Origin: an uncultured Gemmatimonadales bacterium
GTDB lineage: Bacteria > Gemmatimonadota > Gemmatimonadetes > Gemmatimonadales > Gemmatimonadaceae
DNA: 64,000 nucleotides
Reading direction: 5' to 3'
Assembly: GCA_963851265.1 (NCBI GenBank)
Contig: CAWKNZ010000003.1
Span: forward strand, 1-64,000
In this document: positions 48,481-56,880 of the stretch, one piece after another
Layout of the letters: every line of letters begins with the position of its first letter
Numbering within the stretch: the first letter of the stretch is position 1
The notes under the pieces: generated by a model
The model's input: only the letters and a program-made list of their open reading frames with translations
Database searches by the model: none
What the model was told of the DNA's origin: nothing
Made by a program: the position numbers and the translations under genes

Positions 48481-49494
48481 TCACGAGCAGCTCAGGCGGC
48501 CGCGCGGCAGCGGGAGCGTGCAGTTCTTGGTCGTGTCGTTCTGCACGATGACGACCTTCGCGGTGGCCGAGCCGTCGTACGTGACGACCTCGCGGCGCTT
48601 GGTCGTCGTCGCCGACCCGCCGGCGAGGGTGACGGTCGCCTGGGTGGCGCGGATCACCGTACCGGCCGTGGGATACACGCCCGACCCGGTCTTGACCGGG
48701 ATCACCAACCCGGTCGTCGTATCGCCCATGACGCGCGTAGCGCTGAACTTGGTGCTGTCGCTGAGTGTGCCGGAGGTCGATTCCTGCCCGGCCGAGGTGC
48801 CGTTGACCGTGCGCTGTGCGCTGCCGCCGGCGAGGCCGACGACGGTGCGATCGCTCACGGTGCTGACCGTGCTCGTCGCCGTCGCCACGGTCACGCGCGC
48901 GCTGTCGGGCCCGAAGCCGTGGCCGAAGCCGTGGTGATCACGCGGGGTGAACGTCGTCGTCCCGCTCACCTCGACGTGCGTCACGGCGGTGTTCGTCGTG
49001 GTGTCGAGGGCCTGCTGGGTCGCGCCCGCCGCGGTCGTGTAGATCGCGTAGCTCGAGATCGTCAGGCCGTTGAGAGTGGTCGGCGCGCAGGTGATGCGGC
49101 CCGTGCTCGCCGCGAACGTGCAGCTGGTGGTTGGGGCGCCGCCGAACGGGTTGCCGAACTCGCCGCGGCCGAAGCCCGGCCCGAAGCCGCCAAGGCCGGC
49201 GAACTCACCGCCGAGCCCGCCGCCCATGAAGGCGCTGAAGCCAAGGCCGCCGTCGCCGCCCCCGTCGTGGCCGCCGTGTCCACCCGGGCCGAACGAGCCG
49301 GTGTTTCCGCTCGCGTCGAAGCTGCTCGACACCATGTCATAACCGGGTGTCGCGCTGGTGAACGCGGTCGAGAGAAGGGCGGACGACGTCGCGGCCGCGG
49401 CGGCCGAGGGCGCAGTGGCGGTGTCGCTGCACGCGGCGGCGAGCACGCCGCCCAACGCTGCGACGCCGACGACGAGCTTGGGGAAGCGGGACAT
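48481..49494 (-). CDS. Thr/Gly-rich lipoprotein of unknown function
   Basis: LAAAC lipobox, Gly/Phe-rich segment, beta-rich Thr-rich body with Cys pairs. Confidence 0.8.
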   Translation of the reverse strand: MSRFPKLVVGVAALGGVLAAACSDTATAPSAAAAATSSALLSTAFTSATPGYDMVSSSFDASGNTGSFGPGGHGGHDGGGDGGLGFSAFMGGGLGGEFAGLGGFGPGFGRGEFGNPFGGAPTTSCTFAASTGRITCAPTTLNGLTISSYAIYTTAAGATQQALDTTTNTAVTHVEVSGTTTFTPRDHHGFGHGFGPDSARVTVATATSTVSTVSDRTVVGLAGGSAQRTVNGTSAGQESTSGTLSDSTKFSATRVMGDTTTGLVIPVKTGSGVYPTAGTVIRATQATVTLAGGSATTTKRREVVTYDGSATAKVVIVQNDTTKNCTLPLPRGRLSCS

Positions 49495-49599
49495 GCGGAA
49501 CGGCTCCGGAAGTTGGGATCTGGTGAAAGCGGACGGCGCGGCGCCTGGTCACCTGCGCATGGTCACTTGCGCGTGATCGCCTGGGCGGCGCTGCGTCCA

Positions 49600-49626
49600 A
49601 CACACGCGTCCGAAACGGGCCCCCTA
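49600..49626 (-). promoter_or_regulatory. Promoter candidate TAGGGG-N15-GTGTGT
   Basis: Identical boxes and spacing to 50295-50321. The TAG is the stop codon of the sigma gene. Confidence 0.7.
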
Positions 49627-50247
49627 CTCCGATCCCTCGTCCCCGCCCGGCAGCCACGGGCCGAGCCGGGCGCGGAGCAAGCGGAGGGCACGCCCCATCT
49701 GCGCCTCGACGGTTTTGGGGGAGATGCCGAGCCGCGCCGCGATGTCGCTGTATCGAAGACCCTCGGCGCGGCTGAGCAGGAACACCCGCCGGCAGCCCGG
49801 GGGGAGCGCCGCGACCGCCGCGTCGATCGCCGCGGCCAGTTCGCCCTCGACGGCCTGGGCGGCGGGGCTCGCGCCGGGCGCTGCCTCGTCGACGGCGAGC
49901 ATCGGAGCCGCGCGCGCCGCGACGCGGGCGTGACGCAGCCGGTTGAGCGCGCGGTTCCGCACCGCGCGGATCAGATAGGGGCCCGGCTCGTCGCCCGTGT
50001 CGAGCGTCGTGCGCCGACGCCACAACTCGAGCAGGACGTCCTGTGCGAGCTCCTCCGCCGCCGCGGCGTCGCGAAGCATCCGGTCGGCGACGCCGACGAG
50101 CGGGGCGTACCAGCGCCGGAAGATCGCGTCGAATGCCGCGGATGGTCCCGCGTCGTCGTCGGCCCCCTCGCGGAGGCGGGCGAGCAGGGCGCGGTCGTCC
50201 TCGATCGGCGAGTCGTCTTCGTCGAGCGGTGAAGCGTCGGAATGCAA
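49624..50247 (-). CDS. ECF sigma factor (FecI-like / Bacteroides-expansion type)
   Basis: AEELAQDVLLELW, YLIRAVRNRALN, LPPGCRRVFLLSR.EGL.Y, SPKTVEAQM. TTG start estimated. Confidence 0.9.
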   Translation of the reverse strand: MHSDASPLDEDDSPIEDDRALLARLREGADDDAGPSAAFDAIFRRWYAPLVGVADRMLRDAAAAEELAQDVLLELWRRRTTLDTGDEPGPYLIRAVRNRALNRLRHARVAARAAPMLAVDEAAPGASPAAQAVEGELAAAIDAAVAALPPGCRRVFLLSRAEGLRYSDIAARLGISPKTVEAQMGRALRLLRARLGPWLPGGDEGSE

Positions 50248-50294
50248 CAGGGCGGACGGAAGAAGGCGACGACCGGCTACCGAGCGGGCCCGCG

Positions 50295-50321
50295 TAGGGG
50301 TAGCGTTCGCCTCCTGTGTGT
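50295..50321 (+). promoter_or_regulatory. Promoter candidate TAGGGG-N15-GTGTGT
   Basis: Ends 8 nt before the FecR ATG (leaderless geometry). Confidence 0.7.
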
Positions 50322-50329
50322 ACAAGGGC

Positions 50330-51664
50330 ATGAACGGTCGCGAACCTTCGTCGAGCGCGTCGCCGGACCGGCCGGTTCCCGAGGGAACCGGGCCGGACTG
50401 GACGGCGATCGCGCGCCTCGTCGCGGGCGAGCCCGCGGCGAACGCCGACGAGCGCGCGCGCGAGGACGCCGCGCGCGCCTGGCTCGCCGCGCGTCCCGAC
50501 GAGGCGGCGCGGGTTGCGGCGCTCGGACGCGTGCTCACGCCGTCCGCCCTCGCCGACGTGTCGCGCGCCGAGGGCGCGGATGGATCGGGGCGTGTGGTCG
50601 ACGTCGAAGCCGCACTGGCGCGGGTACGGCGCGCCGCGCTCCTCGACCGCGCCCCGGCCGCGACCGCTGCGCGCGAGAGCACCGGGCCGCAGATCGCGAT
50701 CCCGCAGCTCACGGGTTCGCAGCTCACGGGTTCGCAGCTCACGGGTCCGCAACTCACGGTCGTGCGCGGCGGAGCGCCCCGCCCGCCCGCCTCCGAACCG
50801 GCGCGTGCCACGCCGCGGCAGCTGGTCATGCCCCGGCCGGTGCCGGCGTGGCGGCGTGCGGCCGGATTGGTGGCAGCCGCGGCGATGCTCACCGCTGGGC
50901 TCGCCTGGTGGCGGACGGGTGGACGGGTCGGCCGCACCCTGACCGATTCGGGCGCGGGCGGTACGACCGTCGCGCAGCACGTGGTGACGGCGGTCGGCGA
51001 GCGCCGGGTGCTCCCCCTCGCCGACGGGTCCGCGGTCGTGCTCGGCCCGGCGAGCACGCTCGACGTGCCGGCCGGCTACGGCGGCGCGGCGCGGCGCGTC
51101 CACCTCACGGGCGAGGCGTATTTCCGCGTCGTGCACGACGACCAGCGCCCGTTCGAGGTGGCGGCGGGCGACGCGATCGTGCACGACGTTGGCACCGCGT
51201 TCGTGGTCCGCGCCGGCGGCACCCCGGGCCAACCGGTCGACGTCGCGGTGACGACGGGAGTCGTCCGCCTGCAGGCGGCGGGTCCGGCGAGCCCGGGTAC
51301 CGAGCGGGACGGTGTGCTCCTCCGCGCTGGCGACCGCGGCCGCGTCGCCGCGGCGACCAGCGGCGCGCCGGCCGCGGCGGCCGTCGTCGCGCGTGGTGCG
51401 GACGTCGGGTCTGACACCGCCTGGACCACCGGCCACCTCGTCTTCCGCGACGCCCCGCTCGGCGACGTGGCCGGCGCGCTGCGTCGCTGGTACGGCATCG
51501 ATCTGCGCTTCGCGGACTCGGCGGTTGCGCAGCGCCACCTCACGGCCACCTTCGCGGGTGAGTCGACCGGCGCGGTGCTGCACGTGATCGAACTCGCCAC
51601 CGGGGCGCGCCTCGATCGCCACGGCGATACCGTCGTGGTGCGGGAGGCCGCGCCGTCCCACTGA
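50330..51664 (+). CDS. FecR-family anti-sigma factor
   Basis: TM segment, LADGS.V.LGPAS, LTGEAYF.V, VGTAF, AWTTG.L.F, LRRWYG. Confidence 0.93.
   Translation: MNGREPSSSASPDRPVPEGTGPDWTAIARLVAGEPAANADERAREDAARAWLAARPDEAARVAALGRVLTPSALADVSRAEGADGSGRVVDVEAALARVRRAALLDRAPAATAARESTGPQIAIPQLTGSQLTGSQLTGPQLTVVRGGAPRPPASEPARATPRQLVMPRPVPAWRRAAGLVAAAAMLTAGLAWWRTGGRVGRTLTDSGAGGTTVAQHVVTAVGERRVLPLADGSAVVLGPASTLDVPAGYGGAARRVHLTGEAYFRVVHDDQRPFEVAAGDAIVHDVGTAFVVRAGGTPGQPVDVAVTTGVVRLQAAGPASPGTERDGVLLRAGDRGRVAAATSGAPAAAAVVARGADVGSDTAWTTGHLVFRDAPLGDVAGALRRWYGIDLRFADSAVAQRHLTATFAGESTGAVLHVIELATGARLDRHGDTVVVREAAPSH
50703..50760 (+). repeat. 15-bp tandem repeat x about 4 in fecR
   Basis: CGCAGCTCACGGGTT units encoding (P/S)QLTG. 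Confidence 0.9.
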
Positions 51665-51669
51665 GCCGC

Positions 51670-54261
51670 GTGCCGTTTTCGGCGACGTCGCGCCGGCGCG
51701 CCCGGCGCCGGCGGGTGCGTGCCGCGCGCGCGGCGCGCGCGACCACGATGCTGGCTCTCGTCGCGGGTCCGGTGAGGGCCGGCGCGCAGGCCGCCGCGTG
51801 CACGCCGGTTTCGCTGCGCGACGCACTCGACCGTATTGCCGCAGCGGCGCACGCACGCCTCTCGTACAGCCGCGAGCTCCTAGACGTCGACCGCGCGGTG
51901 TGCGAGCCCGCGCCCAACGCACCGCCGCTGGCCGCGCTCGACGAACTGCTTCGCGGCACGGGCCTCGAAGCGGTGTCGGTGGGCGGCGGACAGATCGTGC
52001 TGACCCCGTCGGCGCACGCAGCCGGTGACGGGGTCGGATCGGCGTCGCGGCCGGCCGTGCTCGACCGCGTGGTCGTCACTGGGAGTGCAGCCGGCGCGCC
52101 CGCGCGCGGGCTCCCGGTCGCACTCTCGGTCGTCGACGGCACCGCGCTCGGCGCGCGCGCGACCACCGCATTCTCGACGGCGCTCGACGGGGTGATCCCG
52201 GGGCTCTGGGTCTGGACGCAGCCCACGACCACGCTGCTCGCGCGCTACGCCGGCCTGCGCGGCGCGAGCTCGTTCGGCCTCACCACGCCCAAGCTCTACA
52301 TCGATGGGGTGGAGGTCGCGAACCCGCTGTTCGTCACCTCGCTCATGCCCGACCAGATCGAACGGATCGAGGTGATCCGCGGACCGCAGGGGGCCGCGCT
52401 GTACGGGGCGGACGCGATCAGCGGCGTCATCAACATCGTCACGCGACACGACGGCGCGGCCAACGGCGGGCGCGACGTCACGCTTCGCAGCGGCGTGGGC
52501 GCCGCAGCCACGGCGTTCGCGCCGCGCCCCGCGTTCTCGCAGGACCAGGGACTCACGCTGCGCGCGGGCTCTGGCGCGCAAACCGGTGGGCTGTCACTCG
52601 GTTTCGCCACGCTCGGACCGGTCGTTCCGGGACGGACCGCGTACCAGTTCAACGCGCTCGGCAACGCACGCCGCATCGGGCAGAACGGCGTGCTCACGCT
52701 CACCGCGCGACTGGCCGACGCGATCACCCCGCCGAGCGACACCAGCGGACTCGGGTCTGCCGTCGCCGCGTCGCAGGCCATCGCGGCGATGCAGCACATC
52801 ACCCAACTCACGCTCGCGGCCAACCAGGTGCGCACGGCGGGGGGGCGCTGGACGCAGACGTTCACCGCAGGCGTGGACGCGTACCACCTGTCGGGCATGG
52901 CTGCCCCTTCGGTCGCCGCGCTCCCGGCGGGTGCGGACACGACGCAGCAGGGCGCGCGCGGCTCGGCCGCCCGTGGCACGCTCCGGGCGAGCACCACCGC
53001 CACGTACGACCCGGCGCGCGACGTTGCCGTGACCGTGACCGGCATCGCCGACTACGGCCTGCTGCGCGACGGCACGCAATACGACAGCCCCTACGGCATG
53101 TCGCAGTCCGGCGGCACGCCGCTCCCCCAGACCACGCCGACCTCGGGATACGCGCACGGCGGACTCACGACGTCTACGCCGGTGACCTGGCTGAGCACGG
53201 CCGGACTCGTGGGACAGACCACGGTCGCGCTCCGCGACGCGCTGTTCGTCACGGCCGGCCTTCGGGGCGAACGCAACGACGGCTTCACCGCCGCGAGCCG
53301 CACCGCGCTACTCCCGTCGCTCGGGGTGTCGGCGGTGCGGACCCTCGGCGGCGCGACGCTCAAGCTGCGCGGGGCGTACGGCAGCGGGCTCAAGCCGGCC
53401 CGCAACGAGGCGCGCACCCTCTCGTGGCACGCCATCGGCGGCGGCGCACTCCCGTCGTCTCTCGCACCGGAATCGCAGACCGGTGTCGAGGCCGGCGCCG
53501 ACCTGTTCCTGGGCCGCGCCGCGCGCGAGGGCGGGGCGGCGACGACGCTCGCGCTGCACGTCACCGGCTACGACCAACACGCGTCCAACCTGATCCAGCA
53601 GGTCGGACTCGCGCCGAGCGGGCGCGACCACGACCGGCGGTGGACCGAGCCGTCCGCCGACTGGGCGGGCACGTGGTCCGACGCCGATTCGGACGGCCAC
53701 CGCTACGGTCCGAAAGGTCTCGCCTACGAGCTGCAGAACGTCGGGGCGATCAGCAATCGCGGGTTCGAAGGTGAGACGCAGCTCCGTGCGACGCGCCCCG
53801 GCCGCGGCGTGCTGACGTTCGGGGCCACGGTCGCGTACGTCGACAGCCGGGTGACGCACACCGCGGACACCTATAGCGGCGAGCTACGCGCGGGCGACCG
53901 GGTGCTCGAGGTGCCGCGGTGGACGTTCGGCGCCACGGCGAACTGGCGCATTGCGGGCTGGGCCACCACGGTCGGGCTCGCGCGCGCGGCCAACTGGATC
54001 AATTACGACCGCGTTGCACTCGTACAGGCGGTCGGCGCGGGGCGCGCGGATTCGGCGCTCACCGGCCCCGCACTGCGCGCGTACTGGCGCACCTACGCGG
54101 GCGAGACGCGGCTCCGTGCCGACATCCTGCGCGAACTCACGCGCGGCCTCTCAGTGGTCCTGACCGGTGAAAACCTGCTCGGTCAGCAGCGCGGCGAGCC
54201 GGACAATCTCACCACGCTTCCCGGGCGGACCTTCACCGCCGGCGTCCGCGCCCGCTTCTGA
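51670..54261 (+). CDS. TonB-dependent receptor with N-terminal signalling (STN-like) domain
   Basis: LDRVVVTG TonB box, IERIEVIRGPQGAALYG..GVINIVT plug, LAPE, C-terminal VRARF. Confidence 0.93.
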   Translation: MPFSATSRRRARRRRVRAARAARATTMLALVAGPVRAGAQAAACTPVSLRDALDRIAAAAHARLSYSRELLDVDRAVCEPAPNAPPLAALDELLRGTGLEAVSVGGGQIVLTPSAHAAGDGVGSASRPAVLDRVVVTGSAAGAPARGLPVALSVVDGTALGARATTAFSTALDGVIPGLWVWTQPTTTLLARYAGLRGASSFGLTTPKLYIDGVEVANPLFVTSLMPDQIERIEVIRGPQGAALYGADAISGVINIVTRHDGAANGGRDVTLRSGVGAAATAFAPRPAFSQDQGLTLRAGSGAQTGGLSLGFATLGPVVPGRTAYQFNALGNARRIGQNGVLTLTARLADAITPPSDTSGLGSAVAASQAIAAMQHITQLTLAANQVRTAGGRWTQTFTAGVDAYHLSGMAAPSVAALPAGADTTQQGARGSAARGTLRASTTATYDPARDVAVTVTGIADYGLLRDGTQYDSPYGMSQSGGTPLPQTTPTSGYAHGGLTTSTPVTWLSTAGLVGQTTVALRDALFVTAGLRGERNDGFTAASRTALLPSLGVSAVRTLGGATLKLRGAYGSGLKPARNEARTLSWHAIGGGALPSSLAPESQTGVEAGADLFLGRAAREGGAATTLALHVTGYDQHASNLIQQVGLAPSGRDHDRRWTEPSADWAGTWSDADSDGHRYGPKGLAYELQNVGAISNRGFEGETQLRATRPGRGVLTFGATVAYVDSRVTHTADTYSGELRAGDRVLEVPRWTFGATANWRIAGWATTVGLARAANWINYDRVALVQAVGAGRADSALTGPALRAYWRTYAGETRLRADILRELTRGLSVVLTGENLLGQQRGEPDNLTTLPGRTFTAGVRARF

Positions 54262-54375
54262 GGAGCGAGCGACCGGCGCGGCCCTCGCGATTCGCGTGGG
54301 GCCGGACCGCTGCGCGGATCGCCGCGTCCGGCAGTCCCATCACACCACCGCCTGTCGACGCGTCTGACCGCCCGC

Positions 54376-54864
54376 TTACGGCCGCGGTCCTCTCGCGGGA
54401 TCGGCGCCGGGCCCGCCCGGGCCGCCGCCCGGGCCGCCCGGGCCGCCCGGGCCGAACCGGCCGCGCATCCGCCGCTCGTGCTCGGCGTGCGCCGAGTCGA
54501 ACCGGACACGCTGCTCGGGCGTGAGCACCGCGCGGACGTCCGCGCGCGTCGAGTCGAGGATCGCCCGCAGCGACTGTCCGGGGCCGCGCCAGAACCCGTC
54601 GATCTGTCCGCGGCGCGCCACGAGCACACTGTCGATCCGCGTGCGCTGTGGCGCACTCAAGCCGTAGCTCGCGATCGGTCCGCCGTCGAGCAACATCTCG
54701 TCGCGTGGCCCGCGGCGTGGGCCGCGTGCGCCGAATCGCGTTCCGACTCCCCAACCCGTGCCTGCCCCCGCCAGGAAGACGAGCAGCATCGCGAGCGCGG
54801 CGAGCCACCGCGTGTTCGGCGCCGCCGGTGACGGCCCCGCGTCCCCACCGTCGGCTAGGGTCAC
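54376..54864 (-). CDS. Membrane-anchored LTxxQ (Spy/ZraP-like) protein
   Basis: LLVFLAGAG TM segment, GLSAPQ and VLTPEQ motifs; GTGA overlap with the upstream gene. Confidence 0.75.
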   Translation of the reverse strand: MTLADGGDAGPSPAAPNTRWLAALAMLLVFLAGAGTGWGVGTRFGARGPRRGPRDEMLLDGGPIASYGLSAPQRTRIDSVLVARRGQIDGFWRGPGQSLRAILDSTRADVRAVLTPEQRVRFDSAHAEHERRMRGRFGPGGPGGPGGGPGGPGADPARGPRP

Positions 54865-55376
54865 GGAGCGCCCCCGAGCCCGATCGCGCGGCCGAGCGCG
54901 TCGACGCTCGGCGCACGCGCCTGGTCGGGCCACTGCGCGCTCGGATCGTGGAGACTGAGCGCCTGGACCGCCGACGCGTCGCTGAGTTCCTGCCCGGTCG
55001 CGGAGCCGGGGCCCGTTCCCAAGCGCGCGAGTCCCACGGCCAGCAGCCCGGCCGCCGCCGCCGCGAACAGGGCCGGGCGGAGCGCCCGCGCGAAGAGAGG
55101 GGTCAGCTCGTCGCGTCCGCGCGCGCGACCCGCGACGCGCCCGGCCGCGTGCGTCGTGCGGACGACGACGAGCGGCGGACGGCCGCCCCGAAGCGCGGCG
55201 CGGCGGGTGAGTTCGGCCGAAGCCGCGGCCTCGATCCGCCGCGCGAGCGCGTCGTACTCCGCCGCGCTGCGCGCGTACGCGCCGAGTTCGGGAGGCGGCG
55301 GCTCGGCCGCGAGTTGCGCGTCCGTCACCGGATCGAGGTCCGTAGGGGCCATGTCGTCGGCTCTGTGGTCCGTCAT
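54861..55376 (-). CDS. Single-TM putative anti-sigma factor
   Basis: ATGA-coupled to the ECF sigma gene; one TM segment. Confidence 0.6.
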   Translation of the reverse strand: MTDHRADDMAPTDLDPVTDAQLAAEPPPPELGAYARSAAEYDALARRIEAAASAELTRRAALRGGRPPLVVVRTTHAAGRVAGRARGRDELTPLFARALRPALFAAAAAGLLAVGLARLGTGPGSATGQELSDASAVQALSLHDPSAQWPDQARAPSVDALGRAIGLGGAP

Positions 55377-56011
55377 CGGTCAGCTCCGCGCCGCCACTCG
55401 GCGCTCAACCGCTCGCGGAGTGCGCGCCGCGCCCAGAACAGGTGCGCACGCACGGTCCCCTCGGCGATCCCTAGATGGTCTCCGATCTCGCGGTGGGTCC
55501 ACCCCTCCACGTCGTGCAGCAGTACCACGGACCGGCGCGTCTCGGTCAGCGACGCCAGCGCGGCGCGCAGATGGTCGCGCGCGTCGGCCCGTTCGGCCGC
55601 GTCGAGCACGCCCCCACCGGTCGACGCGGCCAGCGCGCCCGAGAGGCTCGCCGCGCGCTCGTCGTCGTCGAGCGATTCCGCGCGGCGCACGCGGGCACGG
55701 CGCCGCAGGTCGATGGCGCGGTTGCGCACGATGACGAGGAGCCAGGGGCGGAATTTCTCCGCCGGGCGGCACTCCTCGATGCGCGTCAGCGCGGTCACGA
55801 ACGCGTCCTGCGCGCAGTCGTCGGCGTCGGTGGGGTCGCCGAGTACCGACAGGGCGGCACCGCGTGCCGCGGCGAGGTGCCGCCGCACGAGGAGGCCGAA
55901 CGCGCCGCGGTCGCCCGCCACCGCCCCCTCGACGAGGACGGCGTCGGAGACGTCCGCGGGCGGCGCGCCCGCGGGAGGAACGTCCGCGGCAAACGCGTCA
56001 GCGGCAGCCAC
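55373..56011 (-). CDS. ECF sigma factor (RpoE/SigW-like)
   Basis: GDRGAFGLLV, DADDCAQDAF, FRPWLLVIVRN, EIGDHLGIAEGTVRAHL. Confidence 0.93.
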   Translation of the reverse strand: MAAADAFAADVPPAGAPPADVSDAVLVEGAVAGDRGAFGLLVRRHLAAARGAALSVLGDPTDADDCAQDAFVTALTRIEECRPAEKFRPWLLVIVRNRAIDLRRRARVRRAESLDDDERAASLSGALAASTGGGVLDAAERADARDHLRAALASLTETRRSVVLLHDVEGWTHREIGDHLGIAEGTVRAHLFWARRALRERLSAEWRRGADR

Positions 56012-56041
56012 CGCTTGCGAGACGGGCTGCGCGGAGCGCGG

Positions 56042-56515
56042 TCAGCCGTGCCCGGGGCCGCCCATCCCGCCCTGGCCGCCCTCGCGCATCCGCTGCTGGC
56101 CCTGCTCGCGCATCTTGGCCAGGTTGGCGTCGAACGTCTTCTGCTGATCGGGCGTGAGGATGGCGCGCATGGCCGTGCGCTGCGACTCCATCTCGTGGCG
56201 GAACTGCATCATCGTCGCGCTGTCCGGAGGGCCGCCCTGCATCATCTGGCTGCGCATGGCCTGCATGCGCGTGCGGCCGGCGGCCTGCACCGAGTCGAGC
56301 TGCGCGCGCTGCGCGTCGCTCAACGTGATGCCCTGCATCAGCATGCCCATGCCGCGCATGCCCATGCCGCCGCGGCCCGGACCGCCGGCCGGCGGCTGGC
56401 CCGCTGGGGGCTGGTCGCCTGCCTGCGCGGCAAGCACGGCCGGCGCGGCGCAGCAGATCGAGGCGATCGCCGCGGCGAACGCGACGCGGTGGGGAAAACG
56501 GAGGATCGAGATCAT
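56042..56515 (-). CDS. Spy/CpxP family periplasmic protein
   Basis: Signal peptide; ITLSDAQ and ILTPDQQ motifs; Met/Gln-rich helices. Confidence 0.85.
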   Translation of the reverse strand: MISILRFPHRVAFAAAIASICCAAPAVLAAQAGDQPPAGQPPAGGPGRGGMGMRGMGMLMQGITLSDAQRAQLDSVQAAGRTRMQAMRSQMMQGGPPDSATMMQFRHEMESQRTAMRAILTPDQQKTFDANLAKMREQGQQRMREGGQGGMGGPGHG

Positions 56516-56624
56516 GGCGGGACTCGCGAAAGCTACGGGTGGGGGTCGCACCGCAGCGAAGGACCGTGGCGTGCTGCGCGACGGCGGAGCGCTCGAGGGT
56601 GCGGTCGAGCGCTCCTGTCGAGAA

Positions 56625-56650
56625 GACGCGGAGCCGTCGGACAGCGTTTA
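56625..56650 (-). promoter_or_regulatory. ECF-type promoter TAAACG-N16-CGTC
   Basis: TAAAC GCTGTCCGACGGCTCCG CGTC, upstream of the spy-ECF operon. Confidence 0.78.
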
Positions 56651-56715
56651 AGCGTGGCCTTCAACCACGAGTTCGATCGCGGCGTTCGAGAGGTGCGGCC
56701 ACCGGCCGTCGCGGG

Positions 56716-56740
56716 TAAACGCGGGCCGACGGTGGGGCGT
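56716..56740 (+). promoter_or_regulatory. ECF-type promoter TAAACG-N16-CGT
   Basis: TAAAC GCGGGCCGACGGTGGGG CGT, divergent from the previous one, upstream of the Oar-like gene. Confidence 0.72.
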
Positions 56741-56820
56741 GTGCAGGGCGGGACGGAATCGGCACGCGCCGCGCGCCCCTCTCCTGCCCTTCCAGTGTAG
56801 CGCCCGTTCACGCCCGCCGT

Positions 56821-56880
56821 CGCGTGCCCCGCTCTCGCATGCCCCGCTCTCGCATGCCCCGCTCTCGCATGCCCCGCTCC
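56821..56880 (+). repeat. 15-bp tandem repeat x4 across the translation start
   Basis: CGC(A/G)TGCCCCGCTC(T/C) units, each with an in-frame ATG or GTG. Confidence 0.92.

Noticed and set aside
55343..55369. TAGGGG-N15-TGTGGT near-match to the second promoter motif
   Set aside because: The -10 box differs, and the site is antisense within a gene.
56821..56880. Short repeats as a CRISPR array
   Set aside because: Units are 15 bp, contiguous, without spacers, and no cas genes are present.
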